Positions 47,761 to 64,000 of a stretch of 64,000 bases of DNA are shown here, piece after piece. This DNA comes from the human T2T-CHM13v2.0 reference genome, Homo sapiens, in the NCBI RefSeq assembly GCF_009914755.1, contig NC_060930.1; one strand, 5' to 3'. Numbering within the stretch: position 1 is the stretch's first letter; every line of letters begins with the position of its first letter. The position numbers were made by a program, and so were the translations under genes. The notes beneath the pieces are model-generated. The model was not told the origin of the DNA, did no database searches, and was given only the letters and a program-made list of their open reading frames with translations.

Positions 47761-48974
47761 GTACAGCATCTGTTACAGGCCCATTTCAGAGGAGTTGGTT
47801 CTAGAGTCTATTTTATTAATATCTAAGCATATGTTAGGTTTTAAACAGAAAGCGTCAAGTCTCTGGTGGATGTGCAATAACATCACACCATATTTAAGTT
47901 CTTACAAAGATGTAGAAGGAAGATGTGGGTTTCAGAAATGTTCTGGAAACTAGAAACACTTCCCTGTGTGTCATGCTGCGACGGTGCCATGTCACGCAGC
48001 CCACTGGAGTGGCGTGTGAGGTAATGACATTGACTTCAGGTCCTGGTGAGAAGACTATTGCTAGGAGGCATCTGGCTGGCTGGTGGCTGCTCATATCCTA
48101 CGCATACCCACCTGACAGATCTCTAGGATTGAAACAGAGAATGTATGTATGACTAAGCATAACAGCAAATTTTCTTCTGTATGTAATTTCAAGACCCTTC
48201 TTATCATCTCTCTTAGTGATCTAGTGATCTGATGCTTGTAATAGGCCTTCGTGAATATTCCTCACTTCAAAGTAGTCTGTGAGACACACATACAAACGAG
48301 ATTCTATTAACAGGTCTGCCAGTGAAACAGCCCAAGTAGCAAATTTGATAGAGAACACGCACTTGGGCATACAAATCCCAAAACTATGTACTAATTCCAC
48401 CAGGTATAAATCTCACCCACCAGACCAACGTCTGAAAACTATACCCAATTTCCAGTCCATAACAAGTTAAATGGAATTTAAGGAGGTTCGTTAAAGTGTT
48501 ATAAACTTACAACATAAGAGCTACAAAAGAATATCATAAACAAATAATGAGAATAACTCCTTTTCTCTAAATATACAGTTATTCAGAGATTTCTTTTGTT
48601 CTTAGAGAATTGTTGTCAGTCTTCCTGATTATAAAAATAAAGTCTTGTTGCAGAAAATTAGGCAAGTACTTCTTAGCATTTTTCCCTTTTCCTTTTTCTT
48701 TTGGATATGCCGTTTTATTGAGGTGCAACCATATATAAAAACATACACAACTCCTAAGTACATGGTTGAGTTTTTATAAAGCAAAGAAACCTGTGTAAGA
48801 ACCACCCAGAAGATGGTTTGGTTTCTGTTGAGGGCAGAGTAAGTTCATACAGAAGCTCCGGCCTCATCGTTGTTAACATGTATTTGTGAGCTACTTGAAG
48901 AAACAGACCATTTCTTCTCTTGTCCTCCACAATCCTTGAATATTTCATTTGTTTTGGAGATTGACAGATCAAGT

Positions 48975-50600
48975 TATTCATTCATTAACAATTATTAATC
49001 CCTACTATGTGCTCAGCAGTCAGTGTGTGATGATGAGACTTGGAGTCTAGTGGAAGACACAGGTAATACAGAAGCAAATATACAAAGTGTTCACTATAAA
49101 ATACAAAATGCTAGGGAGGAAATAAAACTGATACTGTGGTCAAGAATAACTAGGTATCCTACCTAGAAAAAATGGTTAGAGAAATAAATCAGAGATGAGA
49201 TTTAGATAGAAACTTGAATAAAAAGAACACAGCCATGAGAAGAGAGAAGGAAAACACATTCCAAACAAAGGGAACACTGTGAACAAAGTACACAAATCCG
49301 GCTTGTTGCACAAATGGAAAATCAGGTGACTAGGTGTTGGTGGCCATAGGTGTGAGTCGGACAGCAAAGACAGAGACCAGGCCAGTCATGGCTATACTGG
49401 CCAGGAGAGTGACTTAAAGTGCTAAGTGCAATGTAGGGGGAAAAAACGGGGTTTTAGCAGGAAAGTGAAGGGACCGATCTACGTTTTAATAAGAGTACCT
49501 TGAACACTGTATGAGCGGGTGGCGAGAGACAAAGCAAGGTGCCGGCAGGTTATCGCGGTGGCAATGGAAGATGTACTCTGGAGGTATATCAACCATTTCT
49601 GTGGATGGATTGGATGTGGGAGTGTGGGAGGTGCAGAATCAAAATCCATCAAGTCTTTTTACTTCGGCAATTATGTGGAATGAGTTGTCATTCACTGAGA
49701 TGGAGAAGATTCATGGAGAAATAAGTTTCCATGAAAAAAAGCAAGAGTTTAGTTTTGAACATATTACATTTCAGATGTTTGAGAAACATCCGCGTGGAGT
49801 TGTCAGGTAAGTAATTTGGATAAATGAGACGGGAGTGCTGAGAGGAGAGCCGAGCTGGAGATATAAATTTGGGAGTCATTAGCATATAGATGGTTTCTAA
49901 AGCCATGGGAATATAACTCAAGGAGAAGATAGAGAGGACGTGGGGCCAAGCTCTGAGGACCTTCAACCTTCAGAAGTTGTTCAGGTTCAAGCCAGAAAAG
50001 GCTCAAAACGCTAAGCAGAAAGAATCATAGATGTAGGAGAAAAACCAGGTCTCAGAAGCCACGAAAGCAGAGTTTCAACCAGAGGGGGTGGTCCACAGTG
50101 CCCAGTGCTGGAGAGAGGCTGCGTAAGAACAAACGAGAGGAGCATCTAACTGGGCTTGGCATTGCCCAAAGCTGTTGGTGATGCTGTCTCAGGGGAGGAA
50201 AGATTAAATGGGAAGGGAAAATGGGGCAAGAAGTGAAGTGAGTGGGGTCCAGGTAAGTTCTTTAAGAGGCAGACGCTCTTACAACACGATGTGCATTGGG
50301 GAAATGAGAGAAGACAATAAAGGAGAGAGGGGACCAGCCAAAGGAACAACCTCTTTGATGAGGCAGAGGTGGGTGTCCAGCACAAGTAGAGGCCTTTGCA
50401 TCTAAGAGGAGAAAGGACGCTTTTTCTCAAGAAATGGAAGACAAGAAAGTGAGTGCTCTTGGTGTCACCTTCTTAAATTGCAGTAACATATAAGGCAAAG
50501 TGAGCAGCCGGAAAGAAAGAGGCAGGGGAGGGTGGGAGGAGTGGGAGGTCTTATTAGAAGCAAGGGATAGGTATAGAGGGGGGTGCTGTAGAGAGTGGGA
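48975..50600 (-). mobile_element. Long L2 fragment
   Basis: ttcattcattaacaattatt..ctactatgtgc = reverse 3' end; gagctggagatataaatttgggagtcattagcatatagatgg core. Confidence 0.8.
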
Positions 50601-50814
50601 GCTCATACCTCAGGAAACCGGGTACTGACAAGGAGGGAAGAGCCATCTGCTGATGTGAACTTACAGTGTCCTCGGTTTACCCAAATGTTTACTACCAAAA
50701 AAAAAAAAAAAAAAACCACCCTAAAGCTTCAAGGGAAAGAAACTAAAACACAGACCACCACAGTCATTTAAAGCTATGCATTTGCTCAGGAAGTGCAATA
50801 AAAAGCGTGTGGGT

Positions 50815-50988
50815 AACTGGGCGTGGTGGTGGGCACCTGTAATCTCAGCTACTCAGAAGGCTGAGGCAGGAGAATCTCTTGAACTTGGAGGTGGAGGTTG
50901 CAGTGAGACGAGATTGCATCACTGTACTCCAGTATGGGCAACAGAGCAAGAATCCATCTCAAAAAAAAAAAAAAAAAAAAAAAAAAAA
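50815..50988 (+). mobile_element. Alu right arm only
   Basis: Right monomer plus long poly-A. Confidence 0.9.
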
Positions 50989-51360
50989 GGTAAAAGTGAG
51001 TGGGGAAAAGCCAGCTGAAAGAACATGAGTGAAATGATGAACTTTGGAATCTCAGGTGGATAAAGACAGGAGTCATGGCAGGAGGGCTGGGGAAGGAGAG
51101 AAAGCGGCGAGGGACTCCCGTGGAGGTTAACACAGCAAGGGCTCTGCAAGCACCGCAGCTGTCGCTGGAGACGCGAATGCTTCATTTTGTTATTTTGGAG
51201 GTGAAGTAACATCTAGTTCGACTCTGTTACACTGAGAGTGTTCGATGAGAATAGAGTAGAAGAAAATGTCACTGCAGATGAGCAGATCAATGAATGAAGA
51301 TACAGGATACTGAGGGGACCATTCATGTAAATAATGAGTTGCCAAGAAAACGGACAGAAT

Positions 51361-51720
<360 letters not shown>

Positions 51721-52853
51721 TCAGTGAGGTGGCGGGAGGCAGGAGGTTAACAGATGACAGTGGCAACACGGGGTGGGGGGAGCACAGCGCAGCGCAATGG
51801 CATGAAGATCAGGGGCTTTTACTAGAGCCATGGGAATGGCAGCTTGGCTGGTGTTGAGGAGGAAGCATCTCATGGCCTTGCCGGAGCCAGGCGTACATTG
51901 GGACGGCCTCCAGAGAAGGCGAAAGACCCAGCCAAGGCCAGGTCACCACAGAAATGTTCTAAAATGAGACTGAGAATTTAACAATGGGGTTTGTGATTGT
52001 GGGAAAAATTCCAAAAGCAGAGTGTATCAACTATCAAGAAAAATGATGAAATATACTTATTTGGGGGGCTTTATAGAAAGGAGGAATTCTGTGCTACACC
52101 TATTATATATCTAACTCAAAACTCACTTATTCAGTTCCTTTTATATGCAATGGACTATGCTTCTAACAGACTTTTCAGCCACATGCAACAAAAAACCAAG
52201 TAGGAAGGGCCCATAGGTTGGTGCACAGGTCAGTATGTGATACCCCAATGCAAACACATGGTAAATGACTGGCAAAAGTCAATAATGGCTATAGATATTA
52301 TATATGGAGGCATTTATACAAAGAGGAATATATAGAAGGAGGAATTTAAAATCATGTCTAGAGTAATATAATAGATGTTAACAATCATGATAATAGTATT
52401 TCAAAGTATATTAAACAAAATGGATTCATTTCTAACCCAACCAGTAAAATATTCTTTGAACCAAGATTTTACTAGGATGCCAAATTTAAAAGTTAAAAAA
52501 ATTCTAGCTTTTTGAGTAATGAGCAATTTCAGTCATCAATAAAATTAATGAAAATGAGAGAGCAAATTACACTAATCCATTGGGTAAAGAAAAGCTTAAA
52601 ACATTACCCAAATAGAAGCTTTCTTTTCTATTGCTTTTCATCAGTAATAGGTATCAACTACATTTAACAAAAACACTGTTGCTGAGATAACTCACCCTCT
52701 TGGTTTTTAAATACACTCAAGATATGTCATGTTTCAATAAATGATGTCAGCGTTACACTGTGTGAAAAAAATACAAAAAAAAAAATTTAAGTTTCATCTA
52801 TAAATATTATTCCATTGACATTTCATAATTAAAGTTTCTAAAGAATGAATTCA

Positions 52854-53201
<348 letters not shown>

Positions 53202-53229
53202 TTAGAGCAGACCCTGAAAGCAGGGAGGC

Positions 53230-53345
53230 AGCTAGCTGGGCCTGATCTCCTGCTGCAGAAACAGGCAATACATGCGTACTGTGTGAAGCCCCTAAGTTTG
53301 TCACTATTTGTCATGCAGAAACAGGTAAGTAAGACATATTATAAC
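53230..53345 (+). mobile_element. MLT1 LTR 3' fragment
   Basis: tgtgtgaagcccctaagtttg...tatttgtcatgcag. Confidence 0.5.
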
Positions 53346-53492
53346 TCGGAAAAAATCTCAAACCTGTTGCACAAGAAGTTATTTACCATTGTAAGCTCTC
53401 TGCGAAATGTTTTGGAAACCCAAGTTGAGAACAGCTTTGATCAGAGGCAACTGAAGGCGGGCAGAAGAAACCAAGCAGTAACTACTCAGCTG

Positions 53493-53493
<1 letters not shown>

Positions 53494-53524
<31 letters not shown>
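53494..53524. repeat. (TG)15 microsatellite
   Basis: Uninterrupted TG run. Confidence 0.95.
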
Positions 53525-53525
<1 letters not shown>

Positions 53526-53586
53526 AGTTTGGCAGACGCCTTCTTTTTTTTTCCCCTCTAGTGCATCATGTTGAAACTGTAGCTAA

Positions 53587-53904
<318 letters not shown>

Positions 53905-54616
53905 TTAGAACAGGAGAATGCAAGTGATTATTATCAGGAATTGCATTTGTGAGGGAACCTGAGGACTCAAGCCAGCCCAGCAGAGGGCAAGGCAGCACAG
54001 GGCATGAGTCATTCTCCTGATGCTACCTTCACAGGATATCAGACAAAGGAAACTGAGCACCTGCCCCATTTGATGAAATAAAGCAGATAAAAGATAATAC
54101 ATTTAAACAATTAGATGTGTATCTTTTATATCCAAGCAATATTGTACAGAAAGGCACCACCTCTACCTTATGACAAGTGTTACTACCCATACTCAGGAAA
54201 CCCCGATGTTGCCAGCACAGAAGCCAGGACAACAGAAAGCTGAACAATTCCTTTTGCCCAATGTGAACATCTCCAATAAGGCTCCAGTTTGGAAGACTTC
54301 TGAAGGCCTTTCAAATTCATAATAAATGCTATGAACTGCCACACTTAATCCCCTGTATTCTGGCTGGGCCAGCTGTTATAATACACCACCCCACAGTCAT
54401 TGCTGCTTGGTAGTCGAACAAACACGCTGGAGTCAGAGGCCAGAGTCCTTCCTCATGCCACCAGCTTCCCTGAGCCTAGTCCCAACACCATTCCCCCCAG
54501 GGCACTTTGCTGTGGCCTCACTGGGTGTGCCCACGTGGTCTTGCCCTGAACCCCAATCTGTAATCAGCACCAGCTCTTCAGGCGTTGACCATAAAAGGCA
54601 CTGAATGATGGTGGTG

Positions 54617-54926
54617 TTTTTTTGTTTTCTGTTTTCTGTTTGTTTTTTTGAGATAGAGTCTTGCTCTGTCTCCCAGGCTGGAATGCAGTGGCATGATCTC
54701 ACTACAACCTCCACTTCCCAGGTTCAAGTAATTCTTATGCCTCAGCCTCCCGAGTAGCTGGGATTATCAGGCGCCCGCCATCACACCCAGCTAATTTTTG
54801 TATTTTTAGTAGAGATGAGGTTTCACCATGTTGGCCTGGCTGGTCTCGAACTCCTGACCTCAAGTGATCCACCTGCCTCGGCCTCCCAAAGTGCTGGGAT
54901 TACAGGCGTGAGCCACTATGCTCGGC
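54617..54926 (-). mobile_element. AluS element
   Basis: Near-TSD GATGGTG(G/C)TGTT. Confidence 0.93.
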
Positions 54927-55438
54927 GGATGGTGCTGTTAACAACAGTATCTATCCTTGACAATATAGGGCTTCTTCTGACCACCTCAAAGATGCTACTG
55001 CATCAGGCTTTACCAAATTCTTCTCTTGTTACATGAGTTTCAGCTCAAGAATCAGATCATGGGGGAAGCTTCAAGAGCAGCAAAACTTGTAATTTTTGCC
55101 CAGTTGCCCTACAAGAAAATAAAGTTTTGACTCTTAGGCATAATCACCATGGTGAGAACCTATATATTAATATCTACACACAAGTATCTATATCTCTCCT
55201 TTTAAATATACTCTTTAGATGGCTGCTCCTTATGACAAAGGTTTTATTTGGTGATTTGCTGATAAAAAAAATCACTTTTCTTTATGGTGACTATTATGCC
55301 ATCATCTTTACTAACAAGTATATTATCAGGAATCTCAAAGAAAGTGGCATTCATGTTATAGCCTTCATTACTTCAAACTATTCCGGATTCCCCATATTAT
55401 TTTACATATTTTCACTGACTTTTAAGCAAATGCTTTAA

Positions 55439-55749
<311 letters not shown>

Positions 55750-55759
55750 AATTTTCTAC

Positions 55760-56062
55760 TTTTTTTTTTTTAATTTCTGAGATGGGGTCTCATTCTATCA
55801 CTCAGGCTGGAGTGCAGTGGAGCGATCTTAGCCCATCACAGTCTGTGCCTCCAAGGCTCAAGTGATTCTTCTGCCTCAGCCTCCTCTGTACCTGGGATGT
55901 GCCACAGGTATGTGCCACACACCCAGCTAATTTTTGTATTTGTGGTAGAGATGGAGTTTTGCCATGTTGCCCAGCCTGGTCTCAAGTTCCGGAGCTCAAG
56001 TGATCTGCCCACCTCAGCCTCCCGAAGTGCTAGGATTACAGCATGAGCCACCGCGCCCAGCC
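55760..56062 (-). mobile_element. AluJ element
   Basis: J features; TTTTCTACTTT on both sides. Confidence 0.9.
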
Positions 56063-56077
56063 AACTTTTCTACTTTA

Positions 56078-56326
<249 letters not shown>

Positions 56327-56483
56327 TCAAACATTTTTGTGTTACCAGGAAATTCACTATAGAGAGAATGAAAACTACGACTATTTGTAAATAATACATA
56401 TGACACAGACTGCGACAGGCCACTAGGCTGATTTGCAGGTAAAATTTTTGTTCTATCAAAACCTTAAAAACCACATGGACACA

Positions 56484-56547
56484 CACACAGCCTTCCCCAG
56501 CCCCTGCCATCCCATCACACACCCTTCCCCAGCCCCTAACATCCCAT
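56484..56547. repeat. 32-bp tandem duplication, C-rich (G-runs on - strand)
   Basis: Units 56484-56515 and 56516-56547, 29/32 identical. Confidence 0.85.
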
Positions 56548-56602
56548 TTGTGGATGTAACTGACATATAGGAAGACAGCCCATAGTTATCATGTAGGTTC
56601 AC

Positions 56603-56720
56603 CTTGTCCCTGGAATTGTGTTACATAAAGAAACTGAGAAGCATTTCTACAAGAAAGCTACGGGTCACTTGTGAAAAGCCCCAATTCATCCCAGCTGAGG
56701 CATTTATCTTGTTGGAATCA
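56603..56720 (-). other. Candidate non-coding exon (118 nt)
   Basis: Acceptor ctttcccttttaccag; donor AAG|gtgaac; stops in all three frames. Confidence 0.3.
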
Positions 56721-58029
56721 CTGGTAAAAGGGAAAGCCTTGTCTCTTAAAGACTTTCAGTTATAGAGGCTACATAAAAAGCAATGGCCACCACAAAGCTT
56801 AAACAGATAAACTATCCATTTTGTGTCTTCTCCTATACATTAGTAATTACTTTTAAAAACATCTCCACCTGTACCTTAGCCTCTTATTCCTCACCAGTAT
56901 TCCTTACCAATAAGCAACACATATCCTACTGATATTTTGTTGATGGAGATAGAAATTAAATAGGTGGCTAATTCTTCACATACGAGAAAGGAAATTTATG
57001 GAATGAAAATGATGTCTCTAAGGACCTAAATTTTTCAAACTAGTGCGACCTAATCTGTGACCATGGCTAAATTCTCTTGTCTCAGCTTTCTTCCATATAA
57101 AATGAGTTGTCTAACAAACAGTAAGCTCAATTAACATCTGATACCATTATTATTAAACTTTTTCTATTTATATGTATTTCATTCTCAGTTAATATGATGA
57201 CAGAAGGGGATAAACATAACTTATCAACGACATTAATATGACTTCTTTCCCCTACTACATTCGTTAATAAAGAGGTTATAATTAGGTTTCAAAGACAGCA
57301 TTTCATTAAGGTGATTTCATTCAGATACAACTATTTGCATATAAGTGCAATAAAAACGTTAGAAGTTTCTATTTGACTATGTTAGCTTCATAAGTAGAAA
57401 TAATACACATGCTTTATGCTTAGGTTAAAAATCAGCCTAACAATATATTCATGATTAGTTCAAAAGAGCAGACATCAATTACCTATAAGTTTATAACTGT
57501 CAACACATAACAATTACAAATTAGAAACAGAGTAATCAAAGTCAGGTCATAATCAATGTCCAGAAGGTCAAAGACATGCAGAGGCCAAATGCATCTTCTA
57601 AGTGTTGCCTGGATCAATGTCTTATATTTTACAAGTGTAAACATGGAAAAATCAAGTTATTTTTAATACACTTCAGAAATGAAGTGATTTTTAATACATC
57701 CCATATAGTAAAAACATAAATTTGAACTAATGTCATAACACCCTTCTGGTGTCCTTTTCATTAAAATGCACTACCCTAATCATGTTTACAATTGATATTT
57801 CTCTGAAGTATAAATTACAGATTGTGTTAATAAATTTGCAAAATGTGGCAAAAATATCCATTGCCAACATATATTCATTCAAGTCAATCAGTGTATACTT
57901 AATGAGTGTCTTCTTTCTCCAGAAACTTTACTAAGATGGAAAGAAGGCTTTCAATTAAAGCCCAGAGAGAGAGAGGCAAAAAAAAAAAAAAAAAACCCAG
58001 GTCATTATAAAACATGAAAATCTGTGAAG

Positions 58030-58490
58030 TTATAAAGATGCCCACTGGGTATGAGGGTGATAACAGAGATCATTTCCAGGTAACAGAAAAGACTTTATAA
58101 AAGGGTCATGTCTGAGTTGAGCCGTAACTGAGGAGTATTTGACCAGATGGGACTGAGGAAGGAAAGACGATTTGCAGCCTAGGCGATCAAAGGAGCAGGG
58201 CGACGGGGAGAAATCCATGGAGCGTGTCCAACTACAGTCAGTCTGGTGTGAGATGCTGCAGTCCCAAGCGCATGGAGTGATGGAGATAAAGCTGAGGTCT
58301 CCAGGTTGCGGAGAGCCTTAAGTATTAAGGGGCTTGGGCTTTATTCTTTGGGCAATGATATTTACTAAACAGTTTCAAGCACAGAAATGCCATGGTCACA
58401 TTTTTCATTGTAAAAGAACATGTTTATAGCAGTGGAGTAGATATTGAAGAGAAAGACTGAGCGAAAGAAGAAAGCCAATGACTATCTAGT
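58030..58490 (-). mobile_element. L2 fragment
   Basis: gggcttgggctttattctttgggcaatg...agaaatgccatggtcacatttt. Confidence 0.65.
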
Positions 58491-60150
58491 TTTTAAAAGA
58501 TAATCTAGTGAGATGCAGAACAAGATGGCAGAATAGAAAGCTCCACCGTTCGTCCCCCAACCCCGCAAGGACACCAAGTTAACAGCTAATCTACATAGGA
58601 AAAACACCTTCTTAAGAACCAAAACTCAGGTGAGCACTCATGGTACTTGATTTCCACTTCATATCCCTGAAAGAGGCACTGAAGTGATTTAAAAAAACAA
58701 AAACAAAAACAAAAAAAACCCGTCCTGAATCTGCTGACACCACGCCTCCCTTACTGGGGGCGAAGAGCATCTCTGGGCACTAGGGGAGGGAGAACACAGC
58801 AATTGTGAGGCATTAAATTCAGTGTTGTCCTGTTACAGCAGAAAGGAAAACCAGACCAAACTCAGCTGATGCCTGCCCATGCCAGGGGGAATGCAGATCC
58901 CTGTGGTCGGAACTTGAGTGCCTGCAAACCTTGCCACAGAGGGCTACAGCACTCTGAGTCTCCAGGTCAATGTGAAAGGCAGTCTAGGCCATAAGGACTA
59001 CAACTATTAGGAAAGTCCTAGTGCTGAACTAGGCCCAGAGACAGTGAACTGGGGGTGGGAGGGCACGTGACATACTGAGACACTAGCTGGGACAGACAAG
59101 GGAGTGCTGGCATCACTGCTCCCCTAATCCCAGGCTGCACAGTTCTCAGCTCCAGAAAAGACCCCTTCCTTCCACTTGAGGAGAGGAGATGGAGGAGTAG
59201 GGAGGACTTTGTTTTGTATCTTGTATACTAGCTTAGCCACAGCAGGAAAGGGCAACAGACTGAGTTGTGAGGCCTCTGTTCTAGGCCCCAGCTACCAGAC
59301 AACATTTCTAGACACACTCTGGCCCACAAGGGAACCCACTGCCTTGAAAGAAAGGAGCTGGTGCCAGCAGCATTCATCACCTGTTAACTGATGAGCCCTT
59401 GGGTCACGAATAACCAGCAGCAATATCCAGGTACCACGTCGAGGGCCTTGGGTGAGGCTCTGGGACATGCTGGCTTCAGGTACCAGCACAGCTACTGGGG
59501 TCCAAAATGCCAAGTGTGCTCTTGGGGTCCCCAGTTCCAGGACTTGACCCTTGGATGGCATTTCTGGACCTGCCCTGGGCCAGTGGGAAGTCCACTGCTC
59601 TGAAGGGTGAGTCCCAGACCAGGTGGCATTCACTACAAGCTGACTTAAGAGCCTTTGGGCCTTAAGGGAACATCAGGGCTAGTCTGGCAGTACTCCTCAT
59701 GGTCTGGGGTAGTGGTGATTACAGGGTGAGGCTCCTCTGCCTTTGGAAAGGGGAGAGAAAACTGGGAAGGACTGTATTTTGTGTTTTGAGTGTCAGCTCA
59801 GCAGCAATACCAGGTTGATGTCTAAGACTTTTGACTCTAGTTCCTGACCCCCAGATGGCACCTCTGGACCTACCCAGAGAGCCTGGCAGACCTCACTGCC
59901 CTGAAGGGGAAAAAACAGGCCTTTATCACCTACTGATTATAAAACCCCAGGGCCTTGAGTGAACATAGGCAGTAGCCAGGGAGTGGTTACAGCAGGACTT
60001 GGGTGAGACTCAGCCCTTTGTTGGCTTCATGTCTGACTCAACAAAGTCATAGTGGTGGTGGCCACAGGGGTGCTTGTGTCACTCCACCTCAAGCTTTAGG
60101 TGGCTCAGAACAGAGAGAGAGAAACTCTTTGTTTAAGAGAAAGCAAGAGA

Positions 60151-60612
<462 letters not shown>

Positions 60613-60720
60613 TTAGATCATAATACCCAAGTCCTGTTAAATATCTAGAAAGCCTTTCTGAGAAAGGTGGCTACAAATAAGCCCAGACAGTGAAGACTAA
60701 AATAAGTACCCAACTCTTCA

Positions 60721-62015
<1,295 letters not shown>

Positions 62016-62487
62016 TGAGCAATAAATAATCACCTGAAGGTACAAAACTCACTGGTAATAGTAAGTACACAGGAAAACCTAGAATATTATAACAGTGTAA
62101 CTGTGGTGTGTAAACTACTCTTACCCTAAGTAAAAAGACTAAACAATGAACGAATCAAAAATAATAACTGAAATAACTTTTCAAGGCATAGTGAGTACAA
62201 TAAGATATAAATAGACACAATAAAAAGTTAAAATGCCAGGGGATAAAGTTAAGGTATAGAGTTTTTATTAGTTTTCTTTTTGTCTCTTTGTTTATGCAAT
62301 TGGTGTTAAGTTGTTATGAGGTTAAAATGATAATATCAAACCAAAACAACACACAGTGGAGACACAAAAAAGAAAAAGCAAGAAACTAAAACGTATCACC
62401 AGAGAAAATCACCTCTGCTAGAGGAAGATAGGAAGAAAAGAAAGAAGGAAGAGAAGACAACAAAACAACGAGAAAACAAATAACAAA

Positions 62488-64000
<1,513 letters not shown>

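Overview
Primate (almost certainly human) non-coding genomic DNA: AT-rich, no CpG island, no intact protein-coding gene, RNA gene or CRISPR array. It holds about 48 Alu/FLAM/FRAM copies (roughly 20% of the window), old L2/MIR/CR1/L1ME/MER5 fragments and several solo LTRs (THE1A, LTR8 inside an Alu, another ERV1-type LTR split by an Alu, MLT1A). A 5'-complete, decayed L1M/L1MA element runs from ~58510 off the right edge. Nearly all ORFs in the supplied track are translations of repeats. The most interesting non-repeat signal is a chain of five + strand exon-like units (33148-36709). They join in compatible phases into a ~180-codon frame with 4 stops that ends in a 4-leucine heptad: a candidate decayed multi-exon gene (unitary pseudogene) that I cannot name. 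Also notable: a deletion with templated filler in L1 ORF2, a G-quadruplex/GC-box expansion inside an Alu, a 48-bp transition-only local duplication, inverted Alus 28 bp apart, and scattered - strand exon candidates. Repeat subfamilies come from recalled consensus features and boundaries are approximate.
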